A DNA stretch of 64,000 nt from Schizochytrium sp. TIO01 (GCA_004764695.1 SMSO01000007.1:1433270-1497269), one strand, 5' to 3'; counted from the first letter of the stretch, positions 47,001-58,447 are shown. Notes: generated by a model from the letters alone, not told the origin. Made by a program: numbers and translations.

Positions 47001-48671
47001 CTAAATAGAGTACGCTCCGATATACAGAAGCCCGTATACAATGTAGGTGCGGTAACTTGTGAGATCAAAGTGTTCAAAGTAGTTATCAAAGACAACAAAG
47101 CACAGTAATATCAGCACCTTGCACCACACATGCATTTCCCAACGCGCATGTTTTGTCTCAAAAAATTCATTCAAGTCACACTTGTGAAACTCGCTATAAG
47201 ACGGTATATGCAAGTCTTTCTTACGGGTCAAGGCTTTTGACCACCCTTCCAGTAAATCGCGGGTCTGCTTGTTTTCCAGAAAATACTGATCCACATCTTG
47301 GTATTGCGGAATCCGCTTTGTTTGCAGATTAGGGGTGGCACGTTCAAATGTTGTACGCAGGATATGCAAGCGTTGTTTAAAGGAATGACGCTTGGAGTCT
47401 CCGAGCTTCGTTGCAGCAATGACAACGATCGATTTATTTTGAGAGTTTCGCACGTCGTCCCTTGCGCCAGCACTGAGTAGCATCAGAAAGGCCTCGTGAT
47501 GGGCCTTTGCAGCCGCACGCATCAATGCCGTATTTCCTTGTGGATCTGTGACCTCCAGGTTTGCACCACGACCAAATAGAGCGATTACTGTACCAACATG
47601 TCCATGCTCAGCAGCCGTAATGAGGGCAGTCTTGCCTGATGATGATTTACCATCGATATCAACATTAGCCTTTTTATCGTCAAGAATTGCTACAAGACCT
47701 TTGGTGTCACCATTGCGTGCGCAACGTATAAGGTCGCGCAGCGTGCTTCCACATGCGGACTTCTTTTGATAGTGTTTAGCCTCCTTACATGGAAACTCCG
47801 AGAGCAAGTTCATTGCCTCATCGCGAGTGAGGTGACCCTCTTCTTTGGTTAGGCCACGCAGAGAAACTCGTTTACTGTCCAATCGTACGGGACGAGCAGT
47901 AGAGGCACTATATTTACGTTTCAAGCTATCGCGGTGAGGCACCCGCGACGGAGAAGAATCCGGATTCTCGGGTAGCGATCTGTTACGCGACATCGAAATG
48001 CGTGTACTGCTTCGTCTTTCATAGCCTTGAGCTGAGACAGATGAAGAAGAACTCGGCTGGCTGAGGTATTGGAGTTGCGAGAGCGTGGTATTATGTTCAT
48101 CCTCCAACAATTGCATGTGATCCTTCAGGAGATTGTTGCGGTTATGGGCGAGATGTCTGAGCATTTGAGCTCCGCGGGATCTACTATACCTACTTGACGC
48201 TAGCGATGCTGAGCTCGAGTGGGTCTCGTCACTACTTTCGCGAGATCGCATGCGCCGTTTGGTGCTTCGGCGTGAAGTTAGGGAAGCTGAAGATGCAGCT
48301 GATGAAGCGGTACTCCACGAAGTTTCTGAATAACCTGACTTGACCCTTCCTACTCCTTGGCTTGACGTCTTTGCTTTTGCCTTACTGCGCGAGCGAGATT
48401 TGGAAGGACCTTTGGGTGATGAAAGCATCGTCACTTCGTCGGCTTCGTCCTCAGAGGCCTCAGGATCGGTGTTTGCTTCGCATTTTTGCTCGTCGTCAGG
48501 TACAGAAGTGTACAATGGAATTCCATCTGCATCAAAACTTTCTTCAAAGGGATCTTGCATCTGCTCATCATGACATTCGTATGCACAGGCAGGTACGGAA
48601 TTATCCTGGGTTGCCTTTTGATTTATCCTGTGCATACTGCGTCGACGCGACGAGGCCGGACTCGCCGTCAT
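47001..48671 (-). CDS. Ankyrin-repeat protein with Ser/Arg-rich N-terminus and C-terminal hydrophobic segments
   Basis: Ankyrin repeats LIRCARNGD, GKTALITAAEHGH and GNTALMRAAAKAH; C-terminal KVLILLCFVVF and YIVYGLLYIGAYSI. First ATG is 48671; the frame is open further upstream and a CTGCAG acceptor near 48807 allows an upstream exon. Confidence 0.85.
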   Translation of the reverse strand: MTASPASSRRRSMHRINQKATQDNSVPACAYECHDEQMQDPFEESFDADGIPLYTSVPDDEQKCEANTDPEASEDEADEVTMLSSPKGPSKSRSRSKAKAKTSSQGVGRVKSGYSETSWSTASSAASSASLTSRRSTKRRMRSRESSDETHSSSASLASSRYSRSRGAQMLRHLAHNRNNLLKDHMQLLEDEHNTTLSQLQYLSQPSSSSSVSAQGYERRSSTRISMSRNRSLPENPDSSPSRVPHRDSLKRKYSASTARPVRLDSKRVSLRGLTKEEGHLTRDEAMNLLSEFPCKEAKHYQKKSACGSTLRDLIRCARNGDTKGLVAILDDKKANVDIDGKSSSGKTALITAAEHGHVGTVIALFGRGANLEVTDPQGNTALMRAAAKAHHEAFLMLLSAGARDDVRNSQNKSIVVIAATKLGDSKRHSFKQRLHILRTTFERATPNLQTKRIPQYQDVDQYFLENKQTRDLLEGWSKALTRKKDLHIPSYSEFHKCDLNEFFETKHARWEMHVWCKVLILLCFVVFDNYFEHFDLTSYRTYIVYGLLYIGAYSI

Positions 48672-49605
48672 GCCGGCACTCGCCAAGAAGGAAGGAGGTG
48701 ACCAATAATAATCACACCACACAGCCCTAGCCACTAGAAACCTCTCTCGAGTCTCTGATACTCGAATCGATTGGCTCGTCTGCCGTAGCGAGCCAACTCT
48801 CACTTTCTGCAGGGTAGGTACAGTACTTCGGGTTTCCCGTTCCTAAGAACTTTATGCCTGCTACAACCCCAGCGGAGATCTCGCTGCTAGCCAACAACAA
48901 ACTCAAGCTTGTTTAACAAATATGGAGCAGTGCGAACCCGTCTTTGCTTGACAACGTAGGAGGCTTGCAAGAATGTCTTGAGGAGTTTGCTGCTATTCTG
49001 GGCCCCTCGAGTGGGCTTCTGGGTCTAAAGGGCTCTTGCACGCGCTGATCGCTGCCATTACGAGCTAAATTTGTTGCAAATTTCGCAGCAAAGCCGGATC
49101 CAGCTCCATAGCTGTGGAGTCAGTGGACGATGGTTGGGATAAGTTTAATTGCGGGAATCTCTGCACAGTGTCTATTAGATTTAGTTACTCAGTGGAGCTC
49201 CCTCTAAAATATTATGAAAATACATTTATCTCCTCACAAATCCACTGCATCATATACTTATTAAGAAATACCATTCTGTAGCGTGAGGGTAAGGTGATAA
49301 AATGGATTCCCACACTTTGCTAAGCTGTGGGCAGCCTGTTGCCCAGACTATGGAGAATTAGGGGCACAGGTGAAGGACAAAATTTAAAATTAAATTTTGC
49401 ACCTTTCGGAGCCAACCACAAAAACGAAGCAAGGTCTTTCACAATTCTCGAGATTACTTTACTTACGTTGTGAGATCTCATTGCAAAACTTAAACGTGGT
49501 GCTGATGTCCTCAGGCTGCATGGCTGCAACAGCTTGATGCGAAATGGACAAGTGACCTCACGATGATAAGCTTGGTAAGTGGCAGGACTTCCATTTTTCA
49601 GCATG

Positions 49606-50187
49606 TTACTTTCCTACCTTAAATAGAAACATGTTTATTTGTTTGATAGTCGGCTTGAAAACACTATGTAAAGGGATTTGTGCAAACCCCATGAATCTCA
49701 GAAGTTCTTCATCATTTGCGCTCAGAGGCCAATACTCGTACTCTTCATGTGCAGAAGCGGCATCAGCTTTGAAGCCTAGTGTCGTCAACGTGTCCTCAAC
49801 ACCTTTCGCGACAAGACCAAGCAAGCGCTTTATGTAAATGGCATTGGACCAAGTCCGTCGTGCAAGCTTAACAATTTTCTACCTGCGTAAGAATAGCAAC
49901 TTATGAGTTCTTCGAATGAATGTTGGGTGCATTCGATGTCGCGCTAATACTTTCCACGAAAGCCCGAGGTTACAGGTGAAATCCCGTCGATGTTCTCTCA
50001 TATTATCGCAGATGTCTCCCTTCGACCCAGTTTGCTGAGTGAATAGACGCTCTGGAGTGGAAGAGGTGAGGGCAAACCCACAGAAGTCGTGCACAACTCT
50101 GGCAGATTGCGTTCTAGTACTGCTACTTGCATCCTCTAAAACAGCCCATTGCTCGAGCAACCTGCGAAATACAGCTTCGAGACGCAC
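49606..50187 (-). pseudogene. Pseudogene or unresolved exons: 194 codons with one internal TAG
   Basis: ORFs 49879..50187 and 49606..49824 share a frame and are separated only by the TAG at 49879-81 (..LRR*KIVKLARRTWSNAIYIKRLLG..). Confidence 0.4.
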
Positions 50188-51191
50188 TTAGGCAAGGTTA
50201 TAAATAACACTTCATTCGCAACCACAAAGGTCAGTTAGGAATCAAGATCTCCGGTGAAGATAGAGGTTATTTATGGTGGTCACGTTCTGAGTTTTCCCGT
50301 ATGCAAATGGAGGGACCGGCCGGGCCTTCAGGTCGCTACATTTGCGGTTCAATGACGATCTTTACTCGTAGCGATTAGCAAGAGTTCGAGTAAGTGCAAA
50401 TGATGAACTTGACAACAATTGAATGCTCAACGTCTTTTTGTAGACGAATCAACTACATTTTGGAGCTGCCTAACTCGCAGGGTAGCAACTTGAAACTCTG
50501 GATAGCAAATTGATAGCGCACGCCACCTAGTACTCGAAAAGAAGGAGGTTAATATTAAAAACTCAAGACTCTATGGACCCAGAAAAAGCATCCAGCACTA
50601 ATATTAGTAATAAGGTTAATAGTAATAACACTAGTATTATTTATAGTACTATTAGAAGCAGTAAAGGATTGTGCGAGGGAAGAGCAAATATCCAGCACAA
50701 TTATGAGGGGCATATGATCAATAAAGAAAATTCGCTTGGCGAGCATTGACTTTAATCGAGAATAAGGTCATGATTGCAGCGTATGCACCCTACTACCCCT
50801 TACTTTTTGCAAGATTGCAGTCTTCATACGAGGATGTTTTACAACAAGGGAATAATAATACTTTGCCTTTGGTGATCGAAGGCAAAGCAATACAAGGAAT
50901 GCACTAGGGCGTCATGGCATTGAGTAGCAGTACTAGTACCGGATCTCGGAAAAAGTATGAATAAAAGATGGAATAATTCCTCACAGTGAGATCTGTTTGA
51001 AAGTTTGCAAGACCTGAGTGCCCGAAGTTGTCATCAATGACGTATTTTGAGAATTATAATGAATATCATACCAGGTGCTATCATATATACATTGTGACTT
51101 CTGCTGAAAAGATTACATGACTCAGAATAGAAAGCAGAGATTTACTGAGCCTTTGAAGATGGATACAATCAGAATGGAGCGGTCCGTTATG

Positions 51192-51806
51192 TTATGCGTG
51201 TGCACGTTTTCCTTCCTGCATAGCATCTGTTACTTTAGATTTACAAAAGTCGTCAGAAGAAGCTTTCTCAAATTCACCATGATCATGATCGTCGTCCCGT
51301 CCAGGACCGAGAATAAAAAGCTTCGAACCAGGTACACAGAGTTCTGGGTATGCAGTACGCCACTCTTCAATGGAAGCTGGCCGAGTCATTGAGTGCGACA
51401 CTCCATCTCTTACATAGGCATAAGGATCATCATCATCTGCATCTTCATATTCCTCCAGGGGCTCAAGGCCTTGTAGCTGCCGCTCTAAATGCTCCAACGT
51501 TTTCTCAAGTTCTTTGCCTGTAGACGCATTAAGTCTTGCCAGTTGTGCTTCAAACGACATGCCTATTTCCCCTACATCTTGGTCTTCGTCCTCATAAATA
51601 CCATCCTCATCACTACCATAGTTCTGTACAAAAAATTCACCGTCGTTGTCTACAACTTTCATTAGTTCTGCTGCAAACTGATCCAGAGCAAGTTTCTCCT
51701 CTTGATCAATCTTGGCTTGATACTCGGCCCCTGAAACAGCCTCCAAGTTGCTCTCCAAGCTGTGCTCGCCAGACCTGTGCTGGCTCATCTTCTCCTCCCG
51801 AGACAT
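51192..51806 (-). CDS. Acidic hypothetical protein with a FAM149/DUF3719-like motif
   Basis: 204-aa ATG ORF; LEKTLEHLERQLQG...IEEWRTAYPELCVPGSKL resembles the E-W-x3-[FY]-P-x-L-x-[VI]-x-G core of FAM149 proteins. Confidence 0.65.
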   Translation of the reverse strand: MSREEKMSQHRSGEHSLESNLEAVSGAEYQAKIDQEEKLALDQFAAELMKVVDNDGEFFVQNYGSDEDGIYEDEDQDVGEIGMSFEAQLARLNASTGKELEKTLEHLERQLQGLEPLEEYEDADDDDPYAYVRDGVSHSMTRPASIEEWRTAYPELCVPGSKLFILGPGRDDDHDHGEFEKASSDDFCKSKVTDAMQEGKRAHA

Positions 51807-53256
51807 TGTCAGCCTCGGGGCCTAGGTCGCGACTGTTCCCGCCGTGATGCACAGTGAAGAGCTCTCAGAGAGCAATTGCAAACGCCACCTCAGGCCGAAG
51901 CGTGTTTGCCAGGGTGGTGAATTGGAATTCAAGCCAAGAGATGCTTTTTTGCCCAGATGCCTTCTTCGAGAGACTGACCGCTTTTACCAATTGTTAGCAC
52001 GCTACCTACACTAAAGCCTAGCAGTGTAGCGTAACTAAAGCAGTTTTACAATTGCCACCTGCTTGAGAAAGAGAGAGTTTATAGTAGGCTTTACCTTGCT
52101 TTGGCAAAGGAAAGGCCAATCACTGGGAAAGCTGGCAAAGAGTGTGGTTTTCTACGCAAAAAGTTTGGTTGGTGTCGTTTCTTTAAACCAATTAATATGT
52201 GTTTGGTGATTCACGCGCTCAATAGGTTGGGACAAAGAGCACTGACAAACTTCTACAGTCCATATCGCATAGCTAGACCGAGCAGCCGCCTCCCTTACTT
52301 GGTTGCAGTGAGAGGAGACCCATGATCATCTAAGATGATTTCCAAGTGAGTATGAGCATTAGTCCATTTAGTTCCATTAGGTTCAGTTGTCAAGATGACC
52401 ATCTCGAAAACTGCAAATCAGTATACTTCACAATTTCTTCTCCTTTTTGATGACTTTGAATGGCCAAAACAGTCTATACGACGTTTTATCTTTAGTACTA
52501 GAGCACATTCATTACTTATTCGTTCATGCCTAGAAAGCTCAATCTATGACTAATTTTTGGGCTAAAATAGCACATCAAAACGCGCACAGAACACAACCAT
52601 ACGAAGTCTGCCCTCGGGGTGTTTCTGCAATTATTTGGTAGAACGATCTTTCCTCCTAAAGTACAATTCCTTCAGACAATTGTTCTTGTTTCACATGTAG
52701 CAAGGCATGCGCCACTGCCTCGATTTCTTGCTCTTGAGGACTGGTATGGGAAAATCAAGTCGCCACCGTGAACAAATTCCGTCATCCTGGCCCGACAATT
52801 TAGAACGCTCTTGAATTACTCATGCTTACAGTAACATATCAGCATCCGCGTTCTTGCAGCATCTTTGTCTCTTCTCTTTTTTCGGGGGCATGGCGGTGGA
52901 ATGCCTTTTTCGCAGAGACAGGGATTTATGCGTAGTTTTCTTTCGGGTCTATCGCACGTTTGTTTTCCAAACTTGGTTAGCCTGCGTCAATTGGTGAGCA
53001 TAACAAGTTCAGGAGCGTGACACTTTCCCGTATGTATAACTGCAGCGCTTAATTGGTCGAAGACAGTCTTAGACCCATTCAATCATCATATAATTTCGTT
53101 CTTTGACTCATTCATTCGAATAAAAGATGGTAGGTATGTTATTTTCCATTTACTTATTTGCCATCACCGTCGGCAAAGCTTGATCTTTCGAGTTGCGAAG
53201 CCAGTGAAGTGCCGCCTTGGGCTGTGCCGCCGGTTGCATCTTTAGCATATTGTAGG

Positions 53257-54202
53257 ATGCCTCGCGGGGTGCGAAAGAAGCGTCAATACAACCGCCGCAC
53301 GAAGGTTGCTACGAAGGTTGCGGAGGATGTCGCCTCCACATCAACGTCATCAGAGGACTCGACATCGTCAAGGTCCGTTAAGTCTGAGCCCGTTGCTCTC
53401 TTGGACCGAGGCGTGAAGCGGCCGAGGCCTCGTTGTGAAGGCTGCGATCTTGCTGCTGCTGGAGAAGGTAGGTTTCTTATCTTGTTTGTGAAGCATTGGT
53501 TAGAGCAACATCTTGACGCGTTACACTGTAGAAACTATGTGCCATTATCATCTCGATCACTATTATTGTCGGTGCTAATGCCAATGCAAATGTCATTTTC
53601 ACAGCAGCTTGCGCCTTGGCATAACGCGATGTGCAGATGAGTGGATGTAAATTTCGGGATAGACCTGAAGGCTAACGATAATTGAATTGTATGCATGCAA
53701 TTGTCTATTGTGTGAATGAATAGCTTGTATTCGTACGAGGTGTCTATCTTGCTGCAAAGCGTATCAAGGCAGCAAGAAGTCAAAGAAACATACGACAACC
53801 TGCAAGTTTCATGACAAGGTTGACGCGCTTCTGCTGAGCTGGGTGGAAGGATACCAGGAACGCGTGGCACTGCGAAATGACCCGACGCACTTGACACGGA
53901 CACAACATGTGGAGAGACTTTTTGAGCATGAGGGTGACACAGCTTGCCTTTTTTCATTGGAAGATCTCTTGTCCACCACTGCGTACAAAAAGTGGAAACC
54001 TGCCACGATCTCGCAATCTCGGATGAGCAAGTGGCACATTGAAACTCAATTTCGTCTCAAGGACACTGAGACTCGCAAAAGCCGCTTCAAGAAAATTATC
54101 CGCAACCTGCGCGCAAAGCATGGCATTGACGAGACGTCAACAGAAATTGACACTAACCCATCACCAAACGAAGAGTCTAACTCACCAGCATCACCGGAGT
54201 GA
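53257..54202 (+). CDS. Basic Cys/His Zn-finger protein (SHI/STY- or DUS1L-tail-like); exons 53257-53467 and 53724-54202, 229 aa
   Basis: GAAG|GTAGGT donor and AATAG| acceptor join in phase 1 (211+479=690 nt) to give CEGCDLAAAGEACIRTRCLSCCK...CKFH; NLS-like MPRGVRKKR. Confidence 0.72.
53468..53723 (+). other. Spliceosomal intron (256 nt)
   Basis: GTAGGT donor, GCTAAC branch-like site near 53671, TAG acceptor; frame-restoring. Confidence 0.7.
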
Positions 54203-54217
54203 GCGATATCCAATGAT

Positions 54218-54257
54218 TCTCTCTCTCTCTCTCTCTTTCTCTCTACCTCTCTCTCTC
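54218..54257. repeat. (TC)n microsatellite
   Basis: Directly visible just 3' of the stop at 54202. Confidence 0.9.
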
Positions 54258-54769
54258 ATTCTGCGTTACCGCAAGTGCTTCGGTAGTTTTTACCCAAAGC
54301 TGTGGCTAGGAAAACTACGACAGCTGCTTGTGACAAGAAGGAAAAAATTAATCCATCCTTGCAGGGCTCACCTGGGCAAACCTCCTTTCTACTTTCTTTA
54401 TTTTGGAGGGCAAATAGTTGTCCTGCCAAAACTATATCAAGAACACAAATGCAACGTACTGTCTTTTCGCCCGCTTTACTTTTTATATTTCATGTCCCTG
54501 GGGGTCCTATGTAAGAACCATTGGAATTGCTTGTTCAATGCTATATTCATCTGTCTGACAAACCTTTTTCTTCATCTGACTTGATCATAATTCGAGAAAA
54601 AAACAAAAAACCAAACAAAATCGAACCTCTTTCCAAAACAGCACATCTCTAGAAGCAAAACCTTGAGGAATGTTTATCAAATTTTAAAATTTAATTGCTG
54701 CAACAAAAAGACGAGTTTACACGCACGAATTTTTTTAAAAGCAAATTAGCAACAAATGAAGGATAAAGC

Positions 54770-55756
54770 TTACGCAATAGTGCTAATAAGCACCGGACGA
54801 ACATAAATATCGATGGCCTCCACGAAGAACGTGCATGCCACCCATACAATATACATGACACCTACTAATCCAGCATAAGCTAATGGCGCCCAAGCGAAGC
54901 GAGTATAATCCATGAAGAAGTAGTAGAAAATTCCCATCATCTTGAACCAAAACAATGCAAAGGAAACATACACATTTGCATAGCACAACATGAAGATCCA
55001 ATGGCGCGAGACCATGGGCAAACCGCTTAGAGTTGCCTCGACCAGCATCATTAGCAAGTTAGCATAGTGCATAGTCAAGGCGCGCCAGTTCGAGAGGCGA
55101 GCATAACGGTACGGGTCTTTGCGACGCGCTGTGGGCATGAGCACAAAGTGAACGACAAGAGTCACCATAAGGGCCGAGCTAAAACAAACTTCAAAAACCA
55201 CTGGCATCCAACGGCTGTGCGAACCAAAGGGTTCCACATTTAGGCTGTAGAAGATACTGAATAGAAAGTAGAACGTCAACATCGTCCAAGACCACACAGT
55301 AAAAGTGGTAAATCTTTTCCAACGCTTGATATGAACAATTTCGCCAAAGTTACTCCGCACTTTAGGATAATCGTTTGTCACATAGATATTCACAGCAATC
55401 GCAACAGCCAAGATGGTACTTAAGACCCGAGTGGTGAGCAAGATTTTCGAGCCTCCGCCGGTGACATCACGTTCGTCAACATCAACGTCAAGGATTTGCA
55501 GGACCTCCATAATGCTAGAAGCCGACTTGAGCGTGTCAAGACTGGCATCCGACGCGGAGCTCATGTAATAGCGCAACATTGCCACGTCTAGAGTTGCGAT
55601 AGTGGCCAGCACAAGACCAAGACGCAACACAGAGTCTTTTGGTGGGGGTCCATGGCTTTTACCAGGTCCAGCAGGTGCCTCCTTCGAAACACCAACTTCA
55701 GGCTCATCCCCAGCCACGCCACCCGAGGCGTTTTGGCGTTTTCGAGCACCTGACAT
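54770..55756 (-). CDS. Multi-pass membrane protein, FAR-17a/AIG1-like
   Basis: About 8 hydrophobic helices; FTTFTVWS (Thr), LTMHYAN (His) and YYFFMDY motifs. Confidence 0.7.
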   Translation of the reverse strand: MSGARKRQNASGGVAGDEPEVGVSKEAPAGPGKSHGPPPKDSVLRLGLVLATIATLDVAMLRYYMSSASDASLDTLKSASSIMEVLQILDVDVDERDVTGGGSKILLTTRVLSTILAVAIAVNIYVTNDYPKVRSNFGEIVHIKRWKRFTTFTVWSWTMLTFYFLFSIFYSLNVEPFGSHSRWMPVVFEVCFSSALMVTLVVHFVLMPTARRKDPYRYARLSNWRALTMHYANLLMMLVEATLSGLPMVSRHWIFMLCYANVYVSFALFWFKMMGIFYYFFMDYTRFAWAPLAYAGLVGVMYIVWVACTFFVEAIDIYVRPVLISTIA

Positions 55757-57244
55757 CGTCTACAGTGGTTATGCGGAGGGGTGGGAGATTGTTGCAATGC
55801 GGATTTGGCCGATAGATTGCACAAGGTGTTTAAAACATGATACCATGGTAGATTGCGCAAGTTTATTTTGATTTTTTATCTTTTTAAATTTTAATTAATT
55901 TTAAAAACCGAATCTAGCCTTCCTTTTTCGAAACAAATAATTATGCAAAGAACAGAGAATTAAAAAAGAAAGTTTTGGCGGGTCTTGAAATTTATGATTT
56001 CGTGCAATAGTTGTATTTAGATTGGTCTTGGAGTTAATCTCCCCTAATTGGCATGTTCCCAAATTATGCGATCCTCTATACAAATGATCATGTGTTTCTC
56101 TACGGAATGTATGAGCTTGGACAGTAAAATCATTGAGTGACTTTTGACTATAGAGAATTTTATCCTTCTCACTTACATTTACTTATCCACAGACTCCTCA
56201 TGCGTGTCGTTACCACTCCCCGTAGCGAGCTTGTCTACATAAATGAGTGATCCTATATGACTAGAATTAGAGACAAAGTGATGATTCTTTTTGTCTCTTT
56301 AATGGTTTCTGTTTTATTGTCTTATATATTGTTTACAGAAAAGGTCCTTTGCGAATGATATCGAAATGCAGGGATCTTCGAACTTAAGGTGAGTTTCTTA
56401 ATAGTTCCCAACTTTTTATAATTTAGTAAGCTAGAAGACTATAGGATTCAATATATCCTGAGTAGAAAGGAAACACTGTTCTTTATTTATTTATTTATTG
56501 GCGGGGTTCCTTAGAGTTTTAGAGATTTCCATCCATTCGGCTCCGAACACTTTTCAAAGCAAAACCTTGATAGAAAAAGCTGCCTTGATTTTCGTTTATG
56601 TTCGATCATTTCCTGTTGAGAACAAGGGAAAATTACGTTTGAAGCTGAAATCTTCCGCCAAGGAGCATCTGCTTTCATAAGTCTTGTACAAGAATACGAT
56701 GTTTTTATAACATGAGACATTCGCTATGTGTGACTTCAACTACTCCGTCATATTCAATATCTATTCACTGAGCATTTCTTGAACAGGTCCTGTGTATAAG
56801 TTAATTGTAATCGTATTAATACATATGCCTATAGTACTGTACATGTTGTTTAATGAACGCTCAGAGGTGAGTGAGTGCTATATTTTGATCATGCTCTTGA
56901 ATTTAACTAAGGAATTGGAAACCGCCCTGGGTTGTGAGGTGAAAGTGGTCCACCCTGCCAGATATCCATTTCCCAGTACTTCTTTAAAATATCCCGATTA
57001 CCACCAAACGTATCGAAATGCTCAGAAGCTCGCCCTTCTACCCTTTACCCTAGTCCTCCAGTCCTCTTGGGACGCCTGCCTTGTGTGACTGGCTGAGCGC
57101 TATAGCCTATTTCTGCGGATAAATCCTACTGTAAAGATCTCAATTTTTCACTTGTAAGGTTTGTATATCGTAGTTTGCAGAGGGCTATAAGTCACTTGCA
57201 TTGCCAAACAAGGCCTGCGATGCGGCGGCTATCGATCGACTTGG

Positions 57245-58447
57245 ATGGCCAGCGTAGAGCAAATGCTTTCTCACGTGCGTAGACTTGTGGGTCGCGCTCT
57301 TGGCAGAATGGAGTCTTCGGAGGCCTCGTCAAAGCGTCCCGCTGCCGCTCTCGCTGAGTCGGCTTCTCCTTCTGCCTCTTCTGACGCCGTTGCCGCTTCC
57401 AACAACGTGGAGGGTCAGGCCGCTACCATTGAGACAGCTGCTGCCGCCAGTCCTAACGCCGACGATGCCGAGCCGGACGCGAAGCGTGCTCGCACAGAGA
57501 GCAAGCGCTCTCGTGCTGCCAACACTCGCAATGATCCTGAGAACGTGAAGAAGATTGACAAGGCATGGAAAGATGTCTTTGGACATCTTCACCTCGATGA
57601 GGTCTCCTTGGTTGGCGAGATTGGTCGTACCCGTCCTCGCAACCATGTGAACCCTCTCGCACAGCAGTTCCTGAGCGCCGTTGCCCCCCCTGTATGGTCT
57701 GAGGTTTTCGCTGATCCCTCTCTCCCGCTGTTTGTGGATATTGGTTGCGCTCAAGGCCGCTTCGGTCTGCTCATGGCTGCAGATTCGAAGTGGAAAGAGT
57801 GGAACCACTTGGGCCTGGAGATCCGCTTGCCGCACGTTACCCGGGCTAATGCCTGGGTGCAGCGCAAGGGATTCACCAATGCCCACTACGTCCATTGCAG
57901 TGCCAACGCCTCCGTCGGAGCGCTGCTCAGCTCGTACCCGGGCCCTGTTGACTGGGTAGCCGTGCAGTTCCCAGACCCTCACTTTAAGAGGAAACACCAC
58001 AAACGCAGGGTCGTGCAACCCGAGTTTCTCGAGGATATTGCTCGCAATGTTCCCAAGGGCTGCAAGCTTTTTATGCAGAGTGACATTGAGGAGGTTGTCG
58101 CCCAGATGAGGGATCGTGCCGACGGCTGCTCGTTCTTCGACCGTGTTGGAGAGTACACAGACCGGGACTCTGCCTTAGACCCGGAGGTTTGCAGAAATGG
58201 CTCTGATGACTCCCTTTGGACCCGAAGTGGCCAAAGAGCGGCCGGAGAGGGCGATGATGAAGAGGAAGCACCAGAAGATTTTGGAGACTGGCTTAAGGGA
58301 CCCAACCCGGTCGGAGTGCCAACGGAGAGAGAGGTGCAGAACCAGGCTCTCGACTTGCCGGTGTACAGGTGCCTATTTGAGAGAAACGAGAAGGATGTAC
58401 CCCCACCAAGTCTGGACCCGAAGGTAACCCCGCCAGCTAAGGAGTAG
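57245..58447 (+). CDS. trmB: tRNA (guanine46-N7)-methyltransferase, cyanobacterial/plant-type TrmB
   Basis: RNHVNPL, VDIGCAQGRF, LGLEIR, QFPDPHFKRKHHKRRVVQ, FMQSD and NPVGVPTERE..PVYRCLF motifs. Confidence 0.93.
   Translation: MASVEQMLSHVRRLVGRALGRMESSEASSKRPAAALAESASPSASSDAVAASNNVEGQAATIETAAAASPNADDAEPDAKRARTESKRSRAANTRNDPENVKKIDKAWKDVFGHLHLDEVSLVGEIGRTRPRNHVNPLAQQFLSAVAPPVWSEVFADPSLPLFVDIGCAQGRFGLLMAADSKWKEWNHLGLEIRLPHVTRANAWVQRKGFTNAHYVHCSANASVGALLSSYPGPVDWVAVQFPDPHFKRKHHKRRVVQPEFLEDIARNVPKGCKLFMQSDIEEVVAQMRDRADGCSFFDRVGEYTDRDSALDPEVCRNGSDDSLWTRSGQRAAGEGDDEEEAPEDFGDWLKGPNPVGVPTEREVQNQALDLPVYRCLFERNEKDVPPPSLDPKVTPPAKE

Noticed and set aside
56332-56680. Possible small spliced gene (TACAG|..AAG|GTGAGT..TTAG|) between the AIG1-like gene and trmB
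   Set aside because: Phase-compatible but short and AT-rich with no recognisable product; compatible with chance.
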